Assembly (NCBI GenBank): GCA_964016885.1
Contig: OZ024746.1
Span: forward strand, 22,072,001 to 22,136,000
Direction: 5' to 3'
Length of the DNA stretch: 64,000 nt
From: Eledone cirrhosa
Lineage: Eukaryota
A program made the translations under genes and the position numbers. Below the pieces are notes generated by a model. The model was not told where the DNA came from. It saw nothing but the letters and a program-made list of their open reading frames with translations, and did no database searches. Of the stretch, positions 26,066 to 40,385 are shown in pieces (positions within the stretch are counted from its first letter, which is position 1; each line of letters opens with the position of its first letter).

Positions 26066-26170
26066 AAATATAGTTTGCATTTGTATTTTTACTCCAATTA
26101 TTTGTTGAGTGCTTTATATCAGTTATAAAAATATTTGCTTGCTGTATCCCAACAATTTAAATAGAACTTT

Positions 26171-26205
<35 letters not shown>

Positions 26206-26510
26206 GGTTGGTGTGTAATATTAAATTACTGTTGGTGCACCAGTTTGAGCCCTCAATGCTATTATGTTGATCAAGCTACCAATGTAGAATTTGTTGTTTG
26301 TATCTTTACCAATTATTGGTAGCCATAACATGCAGAGTGTTAATAATAAGCAGACAGGAATGAAGTATCAATTTAACATCTTACATATGTTATATTCTCA
26401 CATGACATGTGTTTCACAATTGATCAGCTCAAGGTATGATCAATCACATTTATATAAGATTTTAAATTGATACTTTGTTCTCGCTAACATACATTATATA
26501 TATATAATTA

Positions 26511-26900
26511 CGGTGGATTGGCAGTATCGGTAGAGGGTCGGACACCATGCTTTCCAGCATAGTTACGTCCCTTTACGATCTGAGTTCAAATCTCGCCGAG
26601 GTTGACTTTGCCTTTCATCCTTACGGGGTCGATAAAATAAAGTACCAGTAATGCACTGGGTAATTGCTGGCCTTGTGCCTAAAGTAGAAATAATTATATA
26701 TATATAATTACCAATTATATATATAATTACCAATTATAGAGGGTCAGAAACCATGCTTTCCAGCATATAGTTACGTCCCTTTACAATCTGAGTTCAAATC
26801 CCGCCGAGGTTGACTTTGCCTTTCATCCTTACGGGGTCGATAAAATAAAGTACCAGTAAGGCACTGGGTAATTGCTGGCCTTGTGCCTAAAGTAGAAACA
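26511..26900 (+). mobile_element. Two tandem SINE A copies (26511-26692 and ~26737-26900)
   Basis: Both end GTAGAAA(T/C)AATTATATATATAATTA. Confidence 0.9.
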
Positions 26901-27614
26901 ATTATATATATATAATTAGGTGATATTTTGGTTTTGCTTGATTAGTAAGTCTGATGCGCAGATTAGGGCTGTTGTCGGGTCTATAGCACTAATATGGATC
27001 CTGAGCCACCTATCTGTGAAACGTTCATAACTGAGCCTAATCAGTAAAAACCGCGATGTGAAACCTCATTCTGTTCTTGTTAACATATATATATATATGT
27101 TTAGCGGTATGTTATTTGAAGGCTACGATGCAAAATGGATGGTAGATTTTGGAATAAATTGAAGGTAACAAAGATGTTGATGTGTTATTTTATTTACCTG
27201 TCCTAAGATTTCGGATATACAAACCCTTTGTCAGAAGGCTTTAATGAAAAGCTGGCTCAGAGTTTGTGCTTTATACACTAACACAATTTTTCAAGAAAAC
27301 TACAACACACTCATATATATATATATATATATATACACTACAGCACACTTATATATACTACAACACACTTATATATATATATATATCTTTGCTATCTGTT
27401 AATCTCAGTAGTTTGTTTGTCTACTTTGCACTCCATCTGCTTTATATCATTTCAACACTCAACACATACACATACATGCACTCATATATATATATATATA
27501 TATATATACACGCACACAATCAACACATATATACAGTTATGCAGATTTAAACCTAAGTGCATTGCATCTATTACATCTGTAAAATATAACGTATTTTTTT
27601 GTTGAAGATAAGCA

Positions 27615-27615
27615 T

Positions 27616-27708
<93 letters not shown>

Positions 27709-27767
27709 CGCACACACGCACACACGCACACACGCACACACGCACACACGCACACACACACACACAT
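27615..27767. repeat. (GCAC)n/(CA)n microsatellite
   Basis: Direct inspection. Confidence 0.95.
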
Positions 27768-28292
27768 TTGTAAAACCCTTTTTACAAAAGATAAAGATAA
27801 ATAAAAAATAAACTAAGTCTATTAATAGGACTTGGTCCCGGACACTTATCACTTGCAGTGTAACACAGTCACATGACAATCAATGGCTATGTAGTTCTGT
27901 CTGTAGGGTTATCAATGTTTACAAAGACATAAAGTTTGATTGTGATTATATTAAGTAAAAGCATAGTTGTGCAGTTAATAAATCTATTTCACAACCCCAT
28001 ATTTTCAGGTTCAATCTTACTGCACAGCATGTTGGACAATTTGTATTTTTAGCCATTGACTGAAATAGACCCTATACCCTATGTGTGGAATTTGGTAGGC
28101 AAAGCTTGTTGTGGAAACCTGTTGAAAAATATAACTTATACTCTGCTCATATGTATTGAGGGCTCATTTAGTCAAATAAGGTATGAAACGAGAAACAATA
28201 AGACAATTGGAGGGATTCCTAGCTAGAGAGGACTTGTCTAACCCATGCAAGCATGGAAAAATTAGACATTAAAAAATACTGCTGATGATATA

Positions 28293-28694
28293 CAGGGTGA
28301 CTCAAATGTCAGTAGACTATTTCAAAATATAATAACCCTTTTATTTTTTAAATATTCACATTTATTCTTTTAAAAACAATAAATCTTCTTCTGTCATCTG
28401 ATGCTTTGAGGCAGTGGTGAAGCATTGACAAAGTTCGAGTTCTAGAGTTTCTAGTTAACCATTGCAACATGTGTCTATCTCGATGATTGATTTCAAGTAG
28501 CAAAGCGTCATCATGGTGAGTTACACAGCTGGTAAGGGCCAGATGCCACTACTTCCTCACAATATCAGAGATGTGAAGCAAGGATCCATACACAGACTTG
28601 TTTGTTGGATGACATCTCCAGGAGAAAATGTTGATGAAACAATAAATAAACTTCTTATATTTTAAAATGGTCTAGTAACTTGTGGGCCATGCTG
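28293..28694. mobile_element. Tc1/mariner-type MITE
   Basis: TA|CAGGGTGACTCA...ATTTTCAAAATATAA and TTATATTTTAAAAT...TGGGCCATGCTG|TA imperfect TIRs. Confidence 0.65.
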
Positions 28695-30386
28695 TATATG
28701 GATGTATTAAGAAAAATGAATTAGTTGCGATATAAAATTTTACCTTGGTTGTGGAAAATAAATACCAGTCATACACTGAGGTTTGATATCATTAATGCTA
28801 CAATTTTATTAATAGAGTAAAAGAGGTGAAACAGAAATATCTAGTGATAGAGAGGGAGACATACAGACAAATAGATTGTCAAACAAGAGATTGAGTGAGA
28901 GTGAAGAAGAGAGAGAGAGTTAAAGGGAGGTAGAGCGACAGAAACAGAGATATAGAGGGGTGGGAGAGAAAGACTGGTAGAAAGATAAACAGTCAAGGAA
29001 AAGAGAGAGACAGAGAGGGAAAGTTGTAGTAAAAGAGACAGCCAGACAGAGATATAGACAGACAGACAGTGAAAGACAGAGATACAGAGACTCAGACAGA
29101 CAGAGTGAAAGATAGAGAGGCAGAGTGAGAGACAGACAGACAGACAGATGGACAAGCTGGGTGGACAGTGCTGTCACATAGTATCTGGGTGTGTATGTTG
29201 AACATAGAGAATATTTAAAAAGATGAGAGTCCTGTCATTTATCTGACAATAAAATAAGAACAGAAAACTAAAAAAAAAACAAATTTAGTTCTTGATTCTG
29301 TCTGTTTGTAGAATAATTTACATTCCATCTTAATCCTCTTTTAAATTTGTAAGTAATAAAACTAAACTTAGTTAGACTGTTATTGTCTCTAGACTGAACT
29401 GGTTGCCACAAAGTCTGGCTACTGTTTATTATAATTATTCAACAGAACTAAATTACTCAACAACAGCAACAGCAGTTCAGTAACTTTGGTAATTTCAGCC
29501 ATATTAACTTTCAGTCACAATTCTATTTGATTTTTTTGTTTTTGTTACTGTTGTTATTTAACTCCCAGTCATGACCATCACATATTAAATGCAGTCTCAA
29601 TTTTATTTGTGTTTGCTATTATTGTTACTGTTGTTTAGCTCCCAGCACAGCTCTTATATAGCAGACCTATGATTAAAGACATTCCAATAATGACCAGCTC
29701 GTCTCATTTAATATAGCCATAATCTAGGACTACATTATATAATGTGTGTTTGTTTAAAAAATAAACTGTTGGTTGTGATTTAAGGAAGATTTAGTTGTTA
29801 TTTCTAAGAGGTAAAATAACCACATAGAAGATATTTATTTGGTGCCATGAAAAAAATCTATCCAGTACAACCTATATGGTGGTTGGTGTTAGGAAGGACA
29901 TCCTGCCATAGAAATCATGCCAAATATGAAATAGGTTCCTCTAATCTATCTGGTCTCAAACCAGAACAGCTCGTTTAATTCATGTTAGTATAGTGGAGGG
30001 TAGATGTAAAAATGATGATGATGATGATCACAGTGGATACAGCATAGCTGAATGGTTAAAAAATCTGCTTTGCAATCATTAGGTCCCAGGTTCGATCCCA
30101 CTGGGTGGCATCTTTGGAAAGTGTCATTTACCTTGGTTCAACCAATGCTTTGTGAGTGAAATTGGATAGAAAGAATCTGTTTGGAACTGTACATGGTATT
30201 CAAAAGGTCAGCCTTGTCAAACTATGTCACACCGAATCTCCCTGAGAATTACTTTCAGAGTACACATGTCTGTGGAATACTCAGCCACATGCATGTTAAT
30301 TTCAGTATCAGGCTGTCCTGTAGATTGAACAACTGGAATAATCATCATGGAAACTGATAGAAGTCCATTCCATAATTTATACAACT

Positions 30387-30580
30387 GGCGGTGGATTGGC
30401 AGTATCGGTAGAGGGTCTGACGCCATTCTTTCCAGCATAGAGTTACGTCCCTTTATGATCTGAGTTCAAATCCCACCGAGGTTAACTTTGCCTTTCATCC
30501 TTACAGGGGTCGATAAAAATAAAGTACCAGTAATGCACTGGGTAATTGCTGGCCTTGTGCCAAAAGTAGAAACAATTATT
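30387..30580 (+). mobile_element. SINE family A
   Basis: Full copy starting GGCGGTGGATTGGCAG. Confidence 0.9.
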
Positions 30581-31053
30581 TATGTAACTGAAGGCAGAGG
30601 ATTGGCAGGATATGTTAGACCCTCAAACAAAATTCTCTGTGGTGGGGTGGGGTGTAGTGTCTGTCCCTCTCCCTCTCCTTTTCTTTCGTTGCTTGATTCT
30701 TTTTTTTCTTTTTCTTTTTCTTTTTCTTTTTCTTTTTCTTCTTTTCATTTTATTTTTATTTTTTGTTTATTTTATTTAATTAGTGTGCTTTGTTTTTGTA
30801 TAAACAGCTTTGAAAATAAAATAACATGCTCTACATTAATGAGTTAAAATTTAGCTGTGATCAGCTTTGCCTTTCATCATTCTGGAGGCGGGGGGGGGGG
30901 GGGGCAGGGGGGCAATAAAATAAGTAACACTCATGTATTGGGCATTGATATAGTTGACTTCCTCCTCCCCCTAAAATTAATGGTCGTGTGCCTAAATTCA
31001 GAAACATTTATACAGCCAACAGGGTGGGGGATTGGCATATATATTTATATATA

Positions 31054-31136
31054 CAGGGTGTCCCATAAAAATGTATACATATTTTACCGCATTCCAATAA
31101 ATATTGCCTGTGTATACATTTTTTGGGTACATCCTG
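31054..31136. mobile_element. 83-bp Tc1/mariner-type MITE
   Basis: TA|CAGGGTGTCCCATAAAAATGTATACA ... TGTATACATTTTTTGGGTACATCCTG|TA. Confidence 0.8.
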
Positions 31137-32728
31137 TATATAAGGGCAGTAGATTGTCAGACAACTTGGTTTGTGGCATTGAAAAGCTCCATCTCACACA
31201 TATATTTCACTACATTGTTCATGATGTGAAAGAATGTAAAACAACCAAATTGTTTATTGTTTTAAAGCTCAGTAAAAACAAAAAATTTCTGAAAATTTGT
31301 ATTCGTGTATAATGACTTTGCTTTTTTACTATTAATTTTACTTTAAATTGTATCGTATTTATTATACACAAGAAAATAGGGTTGTATATTAACTTTTGAT
31401 GGTGCCCTTAATAACCTGGCAATGAAAAAGGGTATATATAACCTAGCAAGCTGAATAACAAAGACAGAAAAGAACAGAAAGGGAGAGAGAGGGGAGGGGA
31501 GACTGATTTATAACCTTTGTGTTTGCACTTGTTTTGGACAAAATATCTCACCCTAATTTGCTATAGTCATTTGAAATAATTATTGCCATTACCAATTAAT
31601 TAATTACAGTTGATTACTAATTAGATCTTACTCTGATAGTTTAGGTCAGAGTAGTTAGCTATAGTATTACTACGATGTACTAATGTACTATGTGATTGTA
31701 GTCTGTAAAAGACAATAACACAGAATAAGGAGCTGACTCTGAACTTTGACAACCCATCAGACCTCATGCCGGCATAGAAAACATGTAAAAGGATGATGTG
31801 ATGATGATGGTGGTAGTGTTGTGATAATGATGTTGTTGTTGTTTAGCCCCAGGTTATTCCTGATTGAGAACACATATGATCAAAGGGACCACATTGTAAA
31901 ATGTGTCCTTCTCTATTCAAAATACGTTAGGGTGTAATTTTAGGAACATTTGGCTTCTATTTCTAGCTAGTCAAACGACTGCATAAAGGTTTCTTCTTTA
32001 GTTCATTGCTGTAGTAGTTGTTGCTGTTGTTAATGTTGCTGAGGAGGGAGGGAAAAGAGAGAGGGATGGGGAGAGAAAGAGAGTGAAGAATCACCCCCCA
32101 GTACTGGACTGGTATTTTATCAACCTCATGTGAAAAAAATATGAAAGGGAAAGTTGACCTTGGTGGGATTTGAAGCATTCTATATAAGGTTCTAATGACT
32201 GCTAATTTGCTTTTTATACACAATATATACACATAGATAAATTCATACACTTAGACATCCATACATATGGACACATGCATACTCACACACATTTATGCAC
32301 ACACATCTACATACACATACACATACATCCACACACATATCCACACTCAAATTCACACACTGACATCCATACGTACACATCCACACACACACTCACAAAC
32401 AAACACACACATACACAGTTATATTATCTCTTAGTACCAGAAGACCTTGATACATATAATTCTTCACCAATGTGTGTTTCCTGGTTTAACATTATTTAAT
32501 GTACAAACTACAACAAGAATGAGAAACATAATATTATGTTATCAGAAGGAAATATTTCAGAGATAACATTGAAATATATTTAATTATCTATTTTTCCTAC
32601 AAAATATTTCCGTGTTTTTCTTCAAGAATTCTCCAATTATTTATCATTTTATCTTAATTTTTTTTCTGATAAAAGAATTCTTTTGCCTCCTTGGAATCTT
32701 GTCAAAAAGCTATTTTTTGCAGTTTTTA

Positions 32729-32895
32729 CGAGGCTCATCTGAAAAGTTCATATGCTGACCAAGATACTCTCATGGAATGACCAAATATGGTTTATTTTTC
32801 AACATAGTCCTTGGAATGAATGCATGCAATATTTCACAGCTCTAGCATCACTCCTTCATAGCCAGTCTACCTTTGTACTTTTCAGTTGACCCTTG
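32729..32895. mobile_element. mariner-type MITE
   Basis: TA|CGAGGCTCATCTGAAAAGT ... ACTTTTCAGTTGACCCTTG|TA. Confidence 0.7.
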
Positions 32896-33001
32896 TACCT
32901 TTAAACTTTTCCTGGATAACAAGATTTAACTGTTTTAATATAAGCCCCACATGAAACTGCTTTAGTTTAATGATAGAAAACTTCTTTTAAAATATTCGTA
33001 C

Positions 33002-33212
33002 TTAACATCCTGTGATTTAGCTGAAAATGTTTACAAGTGGGGTCTGTTAATATAAATATTTATAATGTTTTTCCTATTGAACAGCTTGTTGTGGAAATTT
33101 GTAGTATTAAAGTAAAGACCCTAACTTTTAATCTGATACCCTCATAATGTTGTTGTTTTATGTTTTTTAAAAATGTCTTGCTAATGTGGTGTTATGTGGT
33201 ACAGGATGTTAA
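33002..33212. mobile_element. TTAA-flanked MITE
   Basis: TTAACATCCTGT ... ACAGGATGTTAA; related ends at ~14761 and ~43690. Confidence 0.7.
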
Positions 33213-33761
33213 GAATAATCAGAGGGGATTATTTTTGTTTTGAGCAAATGAAAAGAAAACTCTCTCACACATGCAAACATGTGGAAAATGGCCGTTAAAC
33301 AGTGATGATGATTTTATATATATATATATATATATATATACATACACATGCACACTCATACACATAATTTGTTCAACAGAGCCAGAAGGTTATTGGTGTT
33401 ATTCCTGATATACCTTGGTACTACTACCACTACCTCCACCACCACTACCTCCACCACCACTACTACTACTTGTTGATATTGTTTGAAGCAAATCTTTACC
33501 AGATGACAACATTATGTTAAGAAACCCAAACCAATACAAGATGGATTCAACAGTCAGACATGCTCCATAGTAACAATGCAATGAACCTCCATTACTTTCG
33601 ACGATGAGTGCTCCAATTGTTCAACCAATTGTCTGCTCATGAAATTAATGTATAAGTGGCTGAGCATTCCACAACCATTATGCATGCTTAATATAATTCT
33701 CAGAGAGGTTCAGGGTGTGACATCACGGCCCTTTGAATTACATGTACTGTCTGTAGTACAG

Positions 33762-34160
33762 TAGAAGCACATAACCTAGTAGTAAGGGTGTTGAACTTAC
33801 GATCATAATGTCATGGGTTCGATTCCTGAACTGGGTTATGTATTGTATTCTTGAGCAAAACTCTTTATTTCATAATGCTTCAGTATACTCAGCTGAAAAT
33901 AAAATGAATACCTGCAATAGTTGGGAGGTTAACCACATATTGGACTGATGTTCAGTCAAGAGGGGAGTCTTATACTCTCAATCGCTTCACACCACAAAAA
34001 CTGGGATAAACACTGGCCTGATGAGCTGATGAGCTTCTGAGCTTGAGACAGACTTTAACCCTGCAATGGACTGGCATCCTGTCCAGGGAAGTGTCTTGTA
34101 CTCTCAGTCACTTAATGCCACAAAAACCAGGATAAGCACAGGCCTGATTAACCTCTGGGA
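33762..34160 (+). mobile_element. CORE-type SINE family D with a duplicated 3' segment
   Basis: tRNA head, CORE-like block, then CCTGCAATGGACTGGCATCCTGTCCAGGG...AGACAGAC; relatives at ~35891-36180, ~43141-43420, ~58611-58845(-). Confidence 0.75.
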
Positions 34161-35125
34161 TCTAGACAGACGTTTGACTAAAACACAGGCTTCCAAATAG
34201 TTCCCTTAATAAAGCATGGGTTGACCCAAGTATTTGGTAATTGACACTTGCTCAAAACGTCACACAGTGGGATTGAACTCAGAACCTAATGATTGTGAAG
34301 CAAACTCCTTAACCATTTAGCCATGCAGTGTCTACATACCAGAATTATTGTGACACAACAGGGAAATAAAAGTCAGTTGGATAAGGGACGAAGAAGACAG
34401 TTGTTTTTTTGTTGAAATGGGCTGATGTTGGTGGGTCGCATATGAAAAAGTAGTTAGAACATAAAATGTTAGTCCCTAACCTCCTAAACTTTATAATAGT
34501 ATCTTCCAGCTCACTACATAGTACCTTCCAGCTCACCACATGGAATAATATTTTTAAATGAATGTTATATTTTTCTGAAATTTGATCAGATTGCTCTGGC
34601 CTCTGAAAGAATAAGATAAGAGGACCTCACCATATATAAATAGTAAATACACCCGTAAATCCCTAAATAAGGATATAAATAAATAAATATGTTGAAGTCT
34701 TCTGGATTTTGTCAAAATTCCCCACCTCTGCTACAAAAAATATTTTTTTCATTCTGTGAAAATCATTTCTTCTAATGGAGAATTTCACTAATTTGTGCTC
34801 ACAAACATGGCTTTTTATGTGTATGTGTGTCTGTGTATATGTTTGTATATATATGTGTGTGTGTGTGTGAGAGAGTTTATGTGTGTACATGTGTGTCTGT
34901 GTCTGTATGTTTGTTTATGTGTGTGTATGTTTGTATATGTTTGTGCCTTTGTATATGTATATGTGTGTATGCATGGTAAAGATTTCAAACAATTAAACTA
35001 GAAAAGGATCTATCAAATGTCAAAGACATCATAAAACTATATCTGTGTTTAAAATATTTTTTCCGTAGCTGACTCCGTAGAAGAAAGGAAATACTGTTGA
35101 CTTGTGGAGGTTTTACCAAATCAAC

Positions 35126-35403
35126 GGAACAGATGTGGTTAGTGTTTGGGGGAAACAGATATGGTCAGTCTTTGAATGGAACAGATGTGGTCAGTGTTTG
35201 GGTGAAACAGATGTGATAAGTGTTTGATTGGAACAAATGAGGTCAATGTTTGACTGGAACAGATGTGGTCAATATTTGATTGGAACAGATGTGGTCAATG
35301 TTTGACTGGAACAGATGTGGTCAATATTTGATTGGAACAGATGTGGTCAATGTTTGATTGGAACAGATGTGGTCAGTGTTTGATTGGAACAGATGTGGCC
35401 AAT
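35126..35403. repeat. 26-bp minisatellite (~10-11 units)
   Basis: Unit TGGAACAGATGTGGTCAATGTTTGA(T/C). Confidence 0.92.
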
Positions 35404-37670
35404 CTGTAGCTGGAACTTTACAGGCCAATATTTGCTAGAAATGTAAGGTGAACTCTACAAAAGACACCCACATATCAGAAAACGATATTTAACCAGCGGG
35501 TGGGGACATGTTAAACCTAATTTATCTGAAAACCTAGAAATGAAATATAGACACTTTAGCTATTTGTCTTGGTATTTTTGTTCTCAAAGTTGATCACCCA
35601 GTTGGAACTAGATGAAGATTAGAATTAGGTCAAATTTATATCAAGGTCAATATTGGTTTCATATTGCTATATTTTTTATGTGGAAATAATAAATTGTGAT
35701 AATCGTGATTTTCTAAGGACATTTTTCAGCATTGAAATCACTTCAGGTGAAAATTGAAATAGTAGTTTTATTATACCAAGAAGTTTGTTAGGATTAGTGT
35801 AAAGATTGGAAGAGATTGTAAAAAAGGCAAACAAGGTAGGCTTGATGAGTAGAAGATAGTTGTAATTATTCAATATCTATTTATATATATATACTCAGCT
35901 GAAAATGAATACCAGCTATAGCCTCATGGTTTAACCTGTGATGAACTGCGTCCTGTCTAGGTGATGAGTCTTGTACTCTCAATTGTTTAACACCATGGAA
36001 ACAGGATGCCAATCCATCACAGAGTTAAACCCCCATCTATTACTGGTATTCCTTTTCAGCAAAGTATACTAAAGCAACATGAAATGAAGTGTTTTGCTCA
36101 AGAACACAACACACAACCCAGTCCAGGAATCAAACCCACAACATTATAATTATAAGTCAAACACCCTTACCACTAGGTCACAAGAGATAAAGAAGAAGAA
36201 AAATAAAAAGATGATCTAGCAACTTCCTCCTTTTACAGTGTTACACAGTTCTACACTCAACTGTGTAAGGAAACACCAACCCAATTGACTTATTGTGTTT
36301 TGGTCAGTTGTACTTCCATTCAGTACAACTGAGAACTTCCTACTTGTAGAAATAGGGTTAATGACTTCCTACTACAGTTGTCCTTCCTTCAGCTGCTGAC
36401 CATTATAAGAGAATTATAATGTCCAGTTGTTGTTGAATGAGAAGTAGACAAGGATGAAAGTATTTTAATAAAAAGGATTAAAATAATAAACAGGGCGAGA
36501 GGAAATAGTGGTGAGGGGGTAGGAAGAAAATTAAATAATGAAAAGGGAGAAGGGAATGGAGGGACAAACTCTATACCTCTTTGTCAAGCAGTATATCTTA
36601 ACTGTGCCCTCCAACCAAGATGGTGAAAACCTTGCCATGGAGAACGGCCAACAACATCCACTCCATCATACATCCCACCTCATGGATTCCTTCCTCTGAT
36701 GTAGGGCACTCCTCCCAAATTTTCAACCTCATGGGGTTCCTTCCTCAAGTGAGATACACTTCACCCCCAATTTTGTAGAAAAAAATGCCAGTCTGGGGAC
36801 TGAGGACACCTGAGGTCTTAATGGCAACCAGCATGAAAAAAAAGCAGTTGGTCAGATCTGGATATTTTTTATCTTCTGCTCCTCTACATTATGGGCAACA
36901 CTTTAAAATAAACAATTTTGTATAATAGAACCAGGGGTGGTTTCAGGGGTGTAGTATCAAAAGTGTTAAACATAGCGTTTCATTTCAATAGTTCCATGCC
37001 TCAATGGTGGGTAGTATCTTAAAAGGAAGGACAAAATTAAAATTTCAGTTGGGTAACAGGAAATAACATCTGATTCTAGTTTAGAATAGATTTCTCTAAT
37101 TCATTCAATGAAATTAAAACAAAAGAACCTTTAATGACAAACTTTATTACAAAATGTCTTCCATGATTTAGTGTTTTGCTTTATTTTCTTTCTCTACCAT
37201 TTAATTCTTTGATCAAACAGAACAAAAGACTTAAGTCCACTTAAGTTAATATTAAATCATATAATAAGTAATGAAACATTAAATACACATCTTAGGGTAA
37301 CAGGTCTGCAGTTAATGATACGCAGCAGAATATTGGTGGACTACAGGATTAAATTTAATTTTTCTTTTTTTTTAATTTAAGAAACTTTAATTAGATAACC
37401 TTAATCAATCAAACATGGAAAGTTTTTTTTTTCTTTTTTATCAATTAATTACATTAATATCAAGCTTTATTTCTGTATTAATCCTTTCAGACATTAAGAG
37501 ACGATGGAATTGGAGAATAACCCTTTTGATATCAAACAGCCTGGAATTTTCCCTGGTTCTATGATACGAATCTGTGTATTTTTAAGTATTTATGTTTATT
37601 TAAAAATCTTCCATCACAATGTTTATATAAGAACCTTTGTCATGTTATATTCCAAACACCAGCTCAGTAA

Positions 37671-38222
37671 TGGTTTCTGATTTAGGTACAAGACAACAAA
37701 TTTTTGGGGAGGGAAAAGTCGATTAAATCAACCCCAATGCATTACTGGAACTTTATTTTATCAACCTCAGGATTTGAACTCAGAATGTATAAAGGCCAAA
37801 ACTATGCCCTTTATATTATTTGGCAGTATCGGTAGAGGGTCTGACACCATGCTTTGCAGCAAAGAGTTACAGCCCTTTATGGTCTGAGTTTAAAACCCTC
37901 CAACGTTAATTTTGGCTGTCATCCTTACGGGGGTCGATAAAATAAAGCACCAGTAATACATTGAGATAATTGCTGGCCTTGTGCCAAATGTAGAAACAAT
38001 TATTATTAATAATAATTTAGGCACAAGGCCAGCAATTTTGGGGGAGGGGAAGTTGATTAAATTGACATCAGTGCATGACTGGTACTTCATTTTATTGACC
38101 CCTGTAAAGATGAAAGGCAAAGCTTACCTTGGCGAGATTTGAACTCAGAACATAAAGGGAGGTAACTTTATTCTGCAAAGCATGTTGTTTGATGCTCTAC
38201 CGATTAGTGCCAACCCACTGCC
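37671..38222. mobile_element. Cluster of three SINE A copies (-, +, -)
   Basis: ~37671-37810(-), ~37820-38007(+), ~38016-38222(-); the last two are tail-to-tail. Confidence 0.85.
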
Positions 38223-38859
38223 ATCACATCAGTTTAATAATGAGAAAGTTAATTAAGTTACTAAACTCCGCCGTTCTTGATTATTTTCAAAATTATTAGC
38301 AGCGTCTTTCATTAAAAAAATATGGTAATGAAAGGAATGAATTAGAAGCTGAATAAAAACATCCCCTACACATCTATTTCTGGTTAAGGAACTGATACCC
38401 AGGCTTCTCTTAAAATGGTAACTTGTGCATTTATTTATATATTTATATATTATTTATTGTTTGGGTACCTTTGTCTTGTCCTGGTGCAACAGCTGCTCAA
38501 CACAACAGCAGCAGCATCAACAGCAGCTGTAATCTTCTTCTTTTTCTTCTTTTTCTTCTTTTTTTTCTTTTTTTCTTTTTTTCTTTTTCCTCTTTTTTTT
38601 CTTTTTCTTCTTTTTCTTCTTTTACTTCTTTTTCTTCTTTTTCTTCTTTTACTTTTTCTTTTCTTTTTCTTCTTCTCCTTCACTACTACCCCCTCCCTCA
38701 TATTATGTAAGTATCAAAGTAAATCTGTCAGGAATCTAGTGATTACCTCACCCTAAAGTTATCTTACATCTCTGTGGAAGGGGGGTGGGGGCCATTATAT
38801 AACCAGTTACTCTTACCCCTCTCTTTTTAGCTTTTTCCTTTTTCTCTTGCTCCATCTCC

Positions 38860-40385
38860 CTCTCAATCACTCCCTCCCACTTCTCTCTCTATCTCAATCA
38901 CTCCCTCCCACTTCTCTCTCTATCTCAATCACTCCCTCCCACTTCTCTCTCTATCTCAATCACTCCCTCTCACTTCTCTCTCTATCTCACTCACTCACTC
39001 CCATTTCTCTCTCTATCTCACTCACTCTCTCCCACTTCTCTCTCTATCTCAATCACTCCCTCCCACTCCTCCTAACTCAACACACCCTCCCACTCTCTCT
39101 CAATCACATCACCCTCCCACTTCTCTCTCAAACCAATCACACCTCCCAAATCACCACTACCCACCAAACTTCCACAACCCTCTCTCAATCACTCCCTCCC
39201 ATTCTCTCTCTATCTCAATCACTCCCTCCCATTTCTCTCTCTATCTCAATCACTCCCTCCCATTTCTCTCTCTATCTCAATCACTCCCTCCCACTTCTCT
39301 CTCTATCTCAATCACTCCCTCCCACTTCTCTCTCTATCTCAATCGTTCCCTCCCATTTCTCTCTCTATCTCAATCGTTCCCTCCCATTTCTCTCTCTATC
39401 TCAATCACTCCCTCCCATTTCTCTCTCTATCTCAATCACTCCCTCCCATTTCTCTCTCTATCTCAATCACTCCCTCCCATTTCTCTCTCTATCTCAATCA
39501 CTCCCTCCCATTTCTCTCTCTATCTCAATCACTCCCTCCCATTTCTCTCTCTATCTCAATCACTCCCTCCCACTTCTCTCTCTATCTCAATCACTCCCTC
39601 CCATTTCTCTCTCTATCTCAATCACTCCCTCCCATTTCTCTCTCTATCTCAATCACTCCCTCCCACTTCTCTCTCTATCTCAATCACTCCCTCCCATTTC
39701 TCTCTCTATCTCAATCGTTCCCTCCCATTTCTCTCTCTATCTCAATCGTTCCCTCCCATTTCTCTCTCTATCTCAATCGTTCCCTCCCATTTCTCTCTCT
39801 ATCTCAATCGCTCCCTCCCATTTCTCTCTCTATCTCAATCGCTCCCTCCATTTCTCTCTCTATCTCAATCACTCTCTCCCATTTCTCTCTCTATCTCAAT
39901 CACTCCCTCCCACTTCTCTCTCTATCTCAATCACTCCCTCCCACTTCTCTCTCTATCTCAATCACTCCCTCCCACTTCTCTCTCTATCTCAATCACTCCC
40001 TCCCACTTCTCTCTCTATCTCAATCACTCCCTCCCCCTTCTCTCTCTATCTCACTCACTCCCTCCCCCTTCTCTTTCTATCTCACTCACTCCCTCCCCCT
40101 TCTCTTTCTATCTCACTCACTCTCTCCCCCTTCTCTTTCTATCTCACTCACTCTCTCCCCTTTCTCTTTCTATCTCACTCACTCTCTCCCCCTTCTCTCT
40201 CCCCCTTCTCTTTCTATCTCACTCACTCTCTCCCCCTTCTCTTTCTATCTCACTCACTCTCTCCCCCTTCTCTTTCTATCTCACTCACTCTCTCCCCCTT
40301 CTCTTTCTATCTCACTCACTCTCTCCCCCTTCTCTCTCCCCCTTCTCTTTCTATCTCACTCACTCCCTCCCACTTCTCTCTCTAT
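38860..40385. repeat. 31-bp pyrimidine-rich minisatellite
   Basis: Unit CTATCTCAATCACTCCCTCCCA(T/C)TTCTCTCT; explains the 525-aa S/L/P/H ORF. Confidence 0.95.

Noticed and set aside
34010-34056. CTGATGAG as a hammerhead core
   Set aside because: No following GAAA or stem III; it is the 3' end of SINE D.
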